A stretch of DNA of 64,000 nucleotides. Origin: Phoronis australis (lineage: Eukaryota > Animalia > Phoronida). Made by a program: the position numbers and the translations under genes. Below are positions 1-11,908 of this stretch, piece after piece. The notes under the pieces were generated by a model that had not been told where the DNA came from, made no database searches, and worked only from the letters and a program-made list of their open reading frames with translations. How positions within the stretch are numbered: the first letter of the stretch is position 1; each line of letters begins with the position of its first letter. Where the stretch lies: contig NMRA01000986.1 in the NCBI GenBank assembly GCA_002633005.1, positions 13,999-77,998 on the forward strand. The letters run 5' to 3'.

Positions 1-1312
1 TGAGGTGATTGGCTGTGGACGTACTCCTGATTTTAACCGTTTAAATTTCTGAAATATGCTGTATATTGTCTGCGGCTCATAACTAACATAACAATCTTGC
101 TTCCGTGATTCACTCGCAGTTTTTGGATTTTATTTAATGTCGAGAGGGCGGTTAACTTAACATCAAGCAGTTGTTTGTAAAAATTCAACTTTCTCACGTC
201 GTAGTTGCTGACTGCAACACTCTGACTGATACTGCGGCATTGTGGGTGGCGAAAACTGGTTTCGTATGTCGTTGTGCAATAACAGTGTCATTCTTTATAA
301 AGCAGTGTTTATTATCCCTTTAACGGCCCACCCCGTGTCTGAGGCGTTATTTTATGAATTGTTATGCTTAAAGCTTAAACTCCATGAATGTGCTTCAATT
401 CAAACGCTGAACACTTCCCAGTCATAATGGGTGTAAATAAAATGAGCAGTCAATCATCCTCTCTCACGGTCGTCACGGACGTTCGCATGTTAATTGTCTC
501 AATGTTTAAAGAACACAATTTTTCTTGACGTGGTTCTTTTTTCATAACTACGTCTCGAGCGACATCTATATCAAACGCGGGACAAACCCTGTACCAACCT
601 TCACTTTGTGTATGAAATGATTCGTGGTAGCATGTTTGAGACGAGAACAATTCTATAAAAATAGTCCCATCTCGGTTTCCTTCACGTAAAAAATGAGCCC
701 TTTAACCGTGTAGTAAGTCAATCAAACTTATAGATGCCCGAAGAAACGGCTATATATCATACGTGTACAAGAGAAAAGAATACAATTCGTGATAAAAAAC
801 TGGATCTGACAATTGAGTGTGTCGGAAGTGAATTGTGGTTAACGCCAAAAGAATTCCATCTGGTGAGACAAGACTTGTGTGTATAAAGTTGGAACGTTGT
901 AAATGACAGCTCAATTGGGGACCGTGAAACGGCAAATTTGGTAGAGCTGCACGCCGAATGTTGAAAAGCTATTGAGTGCATCCAGGCTTTGCTCGGTAGG
1001 CGCGAGCCAGACCCCCATTTGGAGAAGTGGGCTAAAATGTCCGACTCAGAAAAACAAAAACTGCGAAAATTAGAAAACGAGACGAAGGTCAAAAAACAGG
1101 CAGAAACTACCAACATTCGGTGAATGCAAATTTCTGAAGATACCCAATGAATCTTAGTAAAAAGTTCACATTCTCAAAAATTTAAGCCTCCCGTTTTAGG
1201 CTGCGTACATGCATGTAGCTTTCTTCAGTAGATACGTGAAGTGCCATAATCGCTGAACGAATCAGTGTGTTTGACACTGGGGTGGCCAATTTGGGGGCAT
1301 GCGTCTGTGTAC

Positions 1313-1700
1313 CAAGACCCGGCCTCCAATCTTTTTACTCGAAATGGAACTCGAAATTAGGTTTGGCATTTTCTACTCTACTTTTGGGCGAAATCAAGAT
1401 AAGTGTCTATTATTCTATGCTCGAGTACACAATAACTTACGTAAATAATTTATTGCTCTTAGTACACAGTTTGTAAACCCAATATTAAAGCAATAATTTC
1501 GAGTTTTTACTCGAGTTTATAGCACGAATATAAGTGTCTTCAAGGGCAAACTTGAACTAGAAACTCCTATGCATTAACTGTAATGTATTCGAGCACAGTC
1601 TGATAACCAATTATCTTAAGTTCGCACAAAAGGAGCAGAGAAATTGCAAAAAAATAGTTTCGAGTTCGTTTCGAGTACAAAGATTAGAGACCGAGCTCAG
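1313..1700. mobile_element. Non-autonomous TIR element (MITE), Harbinger-like; degenerate relative of 50107-51505
   Basis: Left end AGACCCGGCCTCCAATCTTTTTACTCGAAATGGAACTCGAAA; right end reverse-complements to GAGCTCGGTCTCTAATCTTTGTACTCGAAACGAACTCGAAA. Internal CTCGAG/TCGAG motifs as in 50107-51505. Confidence 0.65.
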
Positions 1701-1945
1701 ATTAAAAACATTCAAATTTTCGTTCAACATACCCTACGCACGTTATTTCTGTTGAAGTTTTACCAGCCTTTGATAAAATGCGGAAGCTTGTGGTCCAGGC
1801 AGTCTACCTACTTTGCCGCCCATGTTTCACCATCTACTTGCTGCCCAGGTTTCTTTCCTGCAGTTCTTAGATCTTTGTTCTGATTGTCACGTGATATAGT
1901 TAGTCATAAACTGTGACAGTACATGTACCATTGCATTTACAATAG

Positions 1946-4900
1946 GGAACAAAAGTGGTTTCAACTACTTGGTGAAATATGAAGGAGACCAACGTAAGAT
2001 TGTTGTGTGTGACAAAAGCCTGCTACCACTGGAAATTAAGAGACTATTTAAAATCCATTCTGACACCCCATTGAAACTGCAATATGAAGATCCTGAGTGG
2101 GATAACGAGATTGTTTTGGTGGATAGTCCTCAGGAGTTGCCTGATAGAGCGAAAGTACACATTACTCTCAGGGGTGCAGGTCATGCACGGCTGCCTGCAG
2201 AGGATGAACATGTTGACCCTCAACCAGCAACTGTGAGTTCATGCAGTAACCCAAACAGGTACAGTGCGATACATTTCTGTTACTTATAGCCATCTAGAGA
2301 ACAGTGTGCTTACATATACATGTAGAAGTTGTATCGTTAGATTTTAATCGGCGTGATTTTACTGAGTCGCGACAATGATAAAAGAAACTGAGTTAATTCA
2401 TCAGAGACAAGTTTTTATTGATCTAACAAAGACGTTCAACACAACAGTGGTTCATCCCGAAAATGTAGTCCGCCTGGCGTTCCTATGACAGTGAAAGGAT
2501 TGTAGGAAAGGGTGCTGTTCTCACAACCCTTTGTACGCACGTCTCAGATTTCTAAACATACCATTGTCTCTGACGCCCAGCGAAAGCAAAAATATGGCGA
2601 TACATTCGATAGCCCGCAATATAACGGAAACACTGATCAGCATTGATTGTACTAATGTGATACCTATCGTAAAAACAGCCATATGTTCGATACACTCATC
2701 GGTCGAAATTGGGCAACTCGACTGGTTTGCGTACCTCGAACTTCTGGCAATGTCAATTTTATCAAAGACAACATTACGTTGTAATAATTTACATAGCCAC
2801 AAGCTGCCGATGTTATATTTTGTGGATAATCAGTGTATGAGCTAATCAAGCTAAATCAGATTATTTAAATAAGCGAGACAGTTTTATTCCAAAAATATGT
2901 TTTCTTTGATGTCCAGGGTGAGCCAAGGGGGTGAACTTGCTTAGCATGGGCGTTTTCAAATAGGGTGCATTTTACCTTATTCTGGGAATGTTTTGAATCG
3001 GGGAAACAAATATTTTAGTAGAAAAAATGTGCGATTTCCACACGTAAAGCACCAAGTATTAATTAACTTCGGTGCTCAAGCTTTGTTCATCTGTTTAATC
3101 ATTTCTAAAGTCCTTTTCCATTTTGATTGTTCACAAACAATTCCATAATTCAAGCCTTGACCCATTTTCATCTATCACTTACATGTACACACTGATGTAT
3201 AAATTAAAACTGCTTTGTTTGTGCATACATCCACCAAATGTACCGAGAGCGGCGTAAATAAAGTCATATCCCACGAGCCATTATTCCGCGTATCGACCTT
3301 ATTTAAGTCTGTTTCAATATTTCGGAAGATTTTTAAATACTTAACTCAAACTGTTCAAATCTATATGCTCATGTATTTGCGCGTTATTAAATGCTTTCTC
3401 CTGTAAAACAAAACAGTTTCAGTTATTATGATTTATCACTTGAAGCGAGATAACAAAGATGACAGCAACGGAAATTGTGCACGACGTTGTAACATTTCCC
3501 GAAAATGATTAAATTAAAACAATATTTTACAATGTAGCTACCGTGGAATCGTCGCCTGCGTTTTAGACGATATACTGTAACTATTAGCAAATAAAACTGA
3601 CACTAAAGTGTCATATGATTAACAGTTTCGTACATGTAACAGATGTTCTGTTAGAGACCGGGTTGTATGCTCATTGTTATTTACACTGCAGCAATGCTAC
3701 TAGTTTAAACTATTTTGGGAAAGTTTGATGATCAAACCGCCTATTGTTGTCAATTCGACATTGACCTCCCGTACCTTCTGAAAACTTTCCATGTCAGAGG
3801 CCACAGTTAAATTAGTTCTGGGAACGTGATACCAAATACAATATCTCATGGCAGTATTGCATTTGACAGGTTCAACGCTTATGGGATAAAACAATTATTT
3901 CGTACTCTTTTCAGGAATCATAAATTTTACGTGATGAATTAAAAGATATGCCCGTTCCACCAAATTGTTTTACCATTTCCATTTCTTAAAATACCCTTGT
4001 TTAAAGCTAAATTTCGAGAGGCTGGCTAAAAAGTTAATCGAACTAGGCCTTTTCTCTCATAAACTTGTCTCACAATATCACTTATCGTGACATGGTTCAA
4101 TTTCCATTTCCAGTCAAGTTGAGTCGCGAGCAATGCGGCTAGGTGCGTCATTTTCGATTTCAGAATTTTCAGGTTGACTAAACACACTTAACTCTTAAAC
4201 ATTTTCGTGGGTCCCTGATGGAATGGAAAAAAAATTCCCATGAAAGAGAAATCTATTCCTAGCGGGTAGAACGCCTGCTTTATTTTCGTTTTAATGAAGA
4301 TAAACATGACGAATTGCATGTTTAAATTGTGACATCACGAACGATTTATTGCCTTTATAGGAACTGGGCCATTAGTTACAGTAGAGACACCAGGAGTGTT
4401 TCCTTTGTTCAGGCTTTAACGGAAGGGTGTGTTTGAATTTACTCAATCGTTATTTTACATCTCAATACACGGTTTTTTTTCTATTTTTTGTTCATCTTCA
4501 CAGTGTCTTTTAGTAGCAGTGAGTATTTCAAAATATGATGCATACTCAGCGTCATGTCGTTTCGTTTCTTAAGCACCTGTTCAATTTGGTGTCACTAAAG
4601 AATAACAAATCCTTTTGACCAAAGTATTAAGAAAGTTGCAAGGTTCTGTCGCACTCTTGATTTTCTAATCCAAGATGTCAAATGAGTGTCATGTAATGTT
4701 TCGGGATTGTACGATCAGTTTATATTTTTTCTGGTAACTTTTTCAACCTATCTGTCAATGTTACGGCGAATTTAGTCACCAATTCTCTGAAGCAGCAGAA
4801 AAACCAGTTTGGTACAAATTTGAAAAGTCAGTGCAAAGTATGATTATTTAAACTATTTAGAGCAAGTACCCACCACCTCAGGATCAACGTGTGAGTAAGA

Positions 4901-7343
4901 GTTTTGATTTGATTAAACAAGACATGCTGTTGTCTCAGGGGCAGCACTACACTTCAATAGCAGGTAGCAGAACATCTTGTTGAATTACAGCAGCTGGCTC
5001 CTGTTGTGTTTTTCATTTCGATTTCAATGAATGAATGGTATATTTGGTGTTTTGGCCTTTTCAGTGCAAGTGGAGAGACGAAGCACATTCCCTTAGATTA
5101 TAAATGGCCAGTGGAATCTCTTTCTAAACATTTGTTACAAAAGCTGACAGAAAAAGAGCCGTTGAGTAAATCAGAACAGTCGTCATTGATCCTCACGGCA
5201 TTGGACGATTTAGATAAAAAGTTCAATAACATGTAAGTATGTTGTCTCTACGAGATTTCGTAGTCAAACTAAGGCTGTTATAGTCTCCCAAAATAAATAT
5301 TTTCCAGGTGAACGAATTCTGTTTCAGTGGCAGAGAACTATTCTGGCTAGTGAAATGTAGTCCATTTCTCGCTTTCAAGGACCTCTTTAAAACAGTCCCA
5401 ATGAACAATGCGGTACACCGTAGTTTAGTTGGCATTTGCTATTCTATGTGTTTCTAATGTCTCATGTTATTCTTTTAGTTACCCTGACCAGAAGGAATAC
5501 GGCCTCATTGCACGAGCGTTATTGAGGGAATTTCCACATCTTGAAAATCCAGAGAACACGCTACAGGTATTTTTTTGTTAATCTCGCTTGTTACAACACA
5601 CACCAGTAAATGAAGTGACGGTTTTCAAACATATCTTTAAGTTAATGTTGATGATTAGAAAACTCAGATAATAATTTCGCCAGGTGATTGCTTTACAAGA
5701 AAAGAATGTTACTATTTTTGATAATCATAACACACACTAGCACATATTCATGCGCCCCACGTATAAATTTTCCCTCAGCTCTGTCTCATTGTATCTCCTG
5801 ATACCTTCCTCCCAGGATCACAACGATGTTTAGCAGTTGTGATTCCGTGAGGCTGACGTCAGATGACGATTTTTGGACTGATACTACTAGGGCTTTCCTC
5901 CTTGTCCCAGTTTTGTAATTTTTATTTGTCTCACCACCTTTGGAGTTCCATATTGGATTTTCATTACTTTTGGCAAATAGGTTATCTACTAAAACGCCGA
6001 CTACGCCACCTGTTTTTGAATGTATTCGATAAATCATACGCTACCCAGTGACAACTGATTCAACTCTTGATTTCGTTTTTTGCCTGCACACCTCTTTATA
6101 CGCCAAAGCTCCCCACAGATCATTTTGAAAATTGGTTCAACTAATTTGGTGTCCCTTGGTGATAGACCCATCTGCAACTGTATCTGTTAAACCCCGTGCA
6201 GGGTCGTTTTAAAATTTGACAAGTCTAACCCTAATTAGATTGACGACACATGAACGGATTCGACTAGGCTGTGCTTCTACTGCCAGTTTGATTTCTTGCG
6301 TTTGCTTCTGCATATCTGGACAACGGATTTATTTTCGTGAAATTTGACAAAAACTTTCGGACTCAATAATGCCTTCAAATTTTGGGACTTGATGAACGGG
6401 TTCTGTGCCATCCAACGCAACAGCAATGTTTCTGACAGTAATAAACACCCCCAAAAGCACAGAATTTGTCCCACAGTCGTTAACACTCTCAATGGCTCAA
6501 GTATTCAATGTTCCATCTCTGTGACGCAGATGAAATGCACACATCAATGTAAAATGTTGAAATTTAATGTAAACAAGGAAAGTAAAATTAATCAAACCGA
6601 AACAAAAGTGATGACTAGGTCGTTTGGTGATTGTCTTAAGCAGGATCGTCTGTCGTGTGTAGTACTTTGCAGACCATAATTGCAATTGTTAATCACTCGT
6701 GTAGCACGATCCAAGAAAGTAAATAAGTTAATTTTTACTCAATCTAAGATTTGTCTCAACTTCGAAGCTTCCACATCATTTAAGTTTGACAAAATTAATA
6801 CAACACTTAAGTCGAAAACTTAAGTCAAACTTAATGAAGATCTCTTTCTTCAAACAGAGACAAATTCGCTTAAAATTGGTTGAGATTTAAGATTTGTCTT
6901 ACTTTTCTCGGAACGGGCCCCACTCTTGTAATTGTTTTTGTCTGGTATATACCACAATTGTAATTCTTAATGACTTCGTGTGTTACTTGTGACGTCATGT
7001 CACAGTTAGTTATTTAGGGAAGTGTGTTAGAAGGTTTAACTGCTAAAATGTATTTAACGTATATTGAGTCGACTCCCTATAAATACAGCATGTTGTCTCT
7101 TTTGGTTTGAATTAAATTTTATCAAGTCAAGACTATTTACACTGTTGCGTAACACGCCGCATTCCCTTCCGTATTGTCAAGGTTTGGAAGAAAAAAATAC
7201 AGAAATTCTTCAAAAACCATCGACGAAGGCACATGCGAAAGAGACCAGAAGTCGATGAAAACATTCGGAAACGTACTGCCTCTCAACCTTCGGCTGACTC
7301 ATCAGATAATCCTTCAACCTCAAAGATTGTGAAACCATCTTAA
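1946..7343 (+). CDS. Spliced gene for a SAMD3-like protein (PB1-like N-terminal domain plus helical YP..EY..IARAL...FP.L / WK..I..FFKNHR region). Exons 1946-2258, 5065-5232, 5479-5566, 7182-7343; start exon not resolved
   Basis: GT-AG introns with compatible phases (2,2,0). Spliced product ...YLVKYEGDQRKIVVC...LKLQYEDPEWDNEIVLVDSPQELPDRAKVHI...LDDLDKKFNNI YPDQKEYGLIARALLREFPHLENPENTLQ VWKKKIQKFFKNHRRRHMRKRPEVDENIRKR...KPS*. The motif order matches the 'SAMD3-like' proteins often carried by CMC/EnSpm-type elements (recognised from memory). Confidence 0.75.
6702..6921. mobile_element. Short degenerate TIR element (Harbinger-like MITE)
   Basis: Right end reverse-complements to GGGGCCCGTTCCGAGAAAAGTAAGAC; left end TAGCACGATCCAAGAAAGTAAATAAG; internal TAAGATTTGTCT repeated. 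Confidence 0.4.
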
Positions 7344-7480
7344 AGTTTTCAAGGATTTCTGGGAGATGAAATACAGGAGTATGATCAGGTATGTGTACAT
7401 GTGAAAGTGTGCATTTATAACTCATGACCACAATGAAGGACTGACACAGTGATTTGACTTATTGACTGGCAAAAGGGGGG

Positions 7481-7556
7481 CCCCATTGACCGTCACATGT
7501 GACACCCCATTGACGGACACATGTGAAGCCCCATTGACTGTCACATCTGAGGTCCC
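7481..7556. repeat. Minisatellite, ~24 bp unit x3 (CCCCATTGAC.GTCACATGTGA..)
   Basis: Three direct copies read in the sequence just downstream of the SAMD3-like stop codon. Confidence 0.85.
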
Positions 7557-9635
7557 AGTTTGTAGATGCTGCGGTTATGAGCACTGCAGCCAATAATTTT
7601 GTCAACGCCTGACAGCAGATGTACTAGAGTATTATTAATTAGGTGTCTACATATTATGTTGCTGTCGACCAGAAGTGGCGGAACCAACCAATGAAGGCAG
7701 AAACTTCCTGACTTATAGTCTGGTCTGAACTTTCACTACTCTGCTGATGATACGAAACTGACATTCATAAAGTAATGCAATTGTGTCCAATTAGTAACGG
7801 CTTAAGTGGGGAGAGGGGGTAATTTGAATGGTCTTTAAAACATTGATTGTATTTTGTGCACCTCATTGCTCAGTATCGGTCACATGACCTGCTTTCGACA
7901 ACAATCATTTACATATGAGTCTCAAATTTTCGGGAAAATACAGTACAATTACAGGCCATGGCAAATACACACGAAAATGGAATCAGGGTAGAGCCTCGCT
8001 CTCACCGATCCTAAGGACACATATGCTTAAGTTCCTGTTGGAACACGTGGTGCTAAAACAATGCTCACAGTACAAGTAATTACAACACTTCTTAAGATAG
8101 GTCAGTACTCACGAGTGTTTTCACTTTTAGTAAGATGAACCATGAGCAGGCAACTGGTTGCTGATTAACAGTGTTCTTTACTAAACCATCATCTGGTGCC
8201 ATAATGTTCACGTTCCGTAGAACACTTTTGTTTCAAGAAAAGCAAGTTCAGTCAGGACCTCGCCGAATCATGCGGGTGAAAGGCTATTGTCTGCCATTGT
8301 TCGGGGGATTTTACGTTTAATCTCAACAAAATGAAGACCACCGACTGTAAGAGGTACTGGAGCGATGAAATGTTAAATTGTATTCTGTGTTTCCATCTTT
8401 TCAACCATTTTAGGTCTGCGGAACGCAGGCAAGTTCGTGTTCAAATCTGTGTACTTTATTGCTTAACTTGATGTTGGTTTGGTGGTCGGGACATGGTCAC
8501 CGTTGAAGTTTAGCGTTTGGGTGATAGGCGTCAGGCCTATGGCTTTAAATTCCCATCGAATTATTTTGTGTACCTGTAAATGTTTCATAAACGGTTCTCA
8601 ATTACACTGTATTACGTCACCATCAATATAACACATGCCAGTACACGGATATTCAAGTTAAATCAAATTTAATTTTGTTCCCTCGGCCACAGCCATCTTG
8701 ACCAACAGAGGGCAGTTTTACCTTAGTCAAGTCAGTCAGAGAAGTCCAGCCTTTAAGCAGTTCTTCCGAAAAATCAACACAATGGTTTTTACTAAAGCGC
8801 GAAGTTGATTGGTTGAATTTCGCTGTAATTTTATTTAATATTTGACATATATCTCTTTCAGCCTGCAAGAGGAAGGAATTCATTCAAGGGACCGTTGCTA
8901 ATCACAATATCGGTGGAGTATGTTCATGTTACTATCGTGGAGTATTTTCCTGTTATTATCGCTGCATCACACGAAAGAAGTGCGTATTGTCAAAGTGGAG
9001 CTACTTGAGTTTTCTTGGCTCAAGGAGCACGATATTGAAGTTAATCCGAAATTATTCCACCTGCAACTAAAGTCATGGTAACAAGCCGTTGGGATATCGA
9101 GGTAGGCTTTGATTGACTGTTGGAAAATAAAAGTGAAAGAACGCTATTTAACCTCATATTGTGAAATTATTTACCATTTGGTGAATGACGTGTGTTATTG
9201 GGTTATGTTGAAATCGCTTGTTTTATACCATATCTGTCCGTGATTGATTCTCGTGCAGGTTTTAGTAGAATGATTGTTAGCCTGGCTAAGTTGATAGCAC
9301 TGCTTTCAGATAATCTACGTCTTATGTTCAGTGTACAGGTTCACATGATCTGTTTTTTCTGTGGCCATGTTTTGTTGTTACGTACATGTACATTTTATTC
9401 ATGACCAGGGGTTGGTCTTACAGTTCATTCGTTATCAAACACATGTTGTTGGTGTTGTCGTTTTTGATGTTATTATCGTTGTTGGTGGTTGTTTCAATGC
9501 CTTGCTGATGTTGTGATGTTTAATGTAGCGGTTTTGTTGTTTAGCTGTCAATTATTTTCACAATCATTTATTGGCATGTCGGTGTTAAGCGCTTGTTGCC
9601 CCATTGTCATGTTGAACTATGTTTACAATGTACTA

Positions 9636-11908
9636 CAGTGTACTTGCTACTAGTTAATGGAAATATCTGAGTGATAACCCTCTGTCGTTAGTGGTACCCC
9701 TTTGTCGTTAGTGGTACCCCTCTGTCGTTAGTGGTACCACTCTGTCGATAGTGGTACCCCTCTGTCGTTGTCTTGTGTATTGGTAACCTCTAATAAACTA
9801 TGAACTGCAGTTAAATGACTTTATATCCCTACATAGTTGTAACCTGCGAAATATGCACTGGTGATGAAGAAGTCGAGACTAATACATGTAAGTTGTATAA
9901 ATATCCCCCTGAATCTAAGTGTAGTGTATTGCACCGCAACGCTTTGATTACTTTATTGTGTGTCCTCAGTCAGGTGTAGCTAAAAAAGCCTCAGTTGCGG
10001 TGTTGGAAATATTCTTCATGCCGGAAATGACGAGTTGAGTTATATTTTATTCCATGCTAAAGAGAAGAGATGCTATTCAGGGTGCGTACAACTCTTACCT
10101 TACATTCTAATTTAAATATATCACCCATCTTCTTAATCTTTCTGTAAATTCCTCCTTTCTTGATTTTTCTATCGTTTCAATCATTAACTCCGCATCAATT
10201 CTTAGGGACAAATGACGATATGTTTTTATTGCAACTTCAAATTAGAATGGACATTTTGCAAAAAAAACACACATACCCTTTTGCATTGGTCGGATCAAGT
10301 GTTTCTGTTGTTAATTAAGTTGTTCACAATAACCATTTAACAGTTTTAAAAGGTCGGCCTCATGCATGACACCTGCCTCGATCTAAATGATTGAATTATG
10401 AAATATACAGTGTAGCTAGCGATAACGATTCAAACTGTTAATGCAACGTCAAATATCTACATGTAACTATGTGTTTTATTTTCTGTTCCAACTCTCAGTT
10501 AAAATCCATGTTTAGTGTGCTACGTCTACTTTTTGGCTCAGTATTCCCATTATTTTTGTAATACAGCCCTACTTTTTCACAAGCTGCTTGTACGAATCCT
10601 GCAAATTAGAAAACCTTCAAATAAGGCACATCATGGGCCTGTGGCACGGGACGCCCTCCTGGCTAAATCTGTGAGAGTTCTGTTACGATGACCTGCGCCA
10701 CTACCTCGCTAAAATCTAGCAGAAAATCACGTCCTCTCATTTAAAATACGCAGTAATGTATCACACAATCCTAANCAGTGTACTTGCTACTAGTTAATGG
10801 AAATATCTGAGTGGTAACCCTCTGTCGTTAGTGGTACCCCTTTGTCGTTAGTGGTACCCCTCTCTCGTTAGTGGTACCACTCTGTCGATAGTGGTACCCC
10901 TCTGTCGTTGTCTTGTGTATTGGTAACTTCTAATAAACTATGAACTGCAGTTAAATGACTTTATATCCCTACATAGTTGTAACCTGCGAAAAGTGGACTG
11001 GTGATGAAGAAGTCGAGACTAATACATTTAAGTTGTATAAATAACCCCCTGAATCTAAGTGTAGTGTATTGCACCGCAACGCTTTGATTACTTTATTGTG
11101 TGTCCTCAGTCAGGTGTAGCTAAAAAAGCCTCAGTTGCGGTGTTGGAAATATTCTTCATGCCGGAAATGACGAGTTGAGTTATATTTTATTCCATGCTAA
11201 AGAGAAGAGATGCTATTCAGGGTGCGTACAACTCTTACCTTACATTCTAATTTAAATATATCACCCATCTTCTTAATCTTTCTGTAAATTCCTCCTTTCT
11301 TGATTTTTCTATCGTTTCCATCATTAACTCCGCATCAATTCTTAGGGACAAATGACGATATGTTTTTATTGCAACTTCAAATTAGAATGGACATTTTGCA
11401 AAAAAAAACACACATACCATTTTGCATTGGTCGGATCAAGTGTTTCTGTTGTTAATTAAGTTGTTCACAATAACCATTTAACAGTTTTAAAAGGTCGGCC
11501 TCATGCATGACACCTGCCTCGATCTAAATGATTGAATTATGAAATATAGCTAGCGAGAACGATTCAAACTGTTAATGCAACGTCAAATATCTACATGTAA
11601 CTATGTGTTTTATTTTCTGTTTCAACTCTCAGTTAAAATCCATGTTTAGTGTGCTACGTCTACTTTTTGGCTCAGTAATCCCATTATTTTTGTAATATAG
11701 CCCTACTTTTTCACAAGCTGCTTGTACGAATCCTGCAAATTAGAAAACCTTCAAATAAGGCACATCATGGGCCTGTGGCACGGGACGCCCTCCTGGCTAA
11801 ATCTGTTAGAGTTCTGTTACGATGACCTGCGCTACTACCTCGCTAAAATCTAGCAGAAAATCACGTCCTCTCATTTAAAATACGCAGTAATGTATCACAC
11901 AATCCTAA
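9636..11908. repeat. Near-identical 1.14 kb tandem duplication (9636-10774 / 10776-11908) joined by a single N; probably two alleles at a contig join
   Basis: Copy 2 begins immediately after the N at 10775; the copies differ only by scattered SNPs and short indels. Confidence 0.9.
9679..9770. repeat. Minisatellite, 20 bp unit CCTCTGTCGTTAGTGGTACC x ~4.5 (also at 10819-10910)
   Basis: Direct reading. Confidence 0.9.

Noticed and set aside
690-1123. Protein-like + strand stretch (...MSDSEKQKLRKLENETKVKKQ...) as first exon of the SAMD3-like gene
   Set aside because: The donor at 1120 is phase 2 but the acceptor at 1946 needs phase 1, and the upstream frame has stops; unresolved.
9679-9770. CRISPR-like short repeats (also 7481-7556)
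   Set aside because: Head-to-tail units without unique spacers, in eukaryotic DNA with no cas genes; these are minisatellites.
9636-11908. Real 1.14 kb tandem segmental duplication
   Set aside because: The junction is exactly a single N and divergence looks allelic; most likely uncollapsed haplotype overlap. Read depth would decide.
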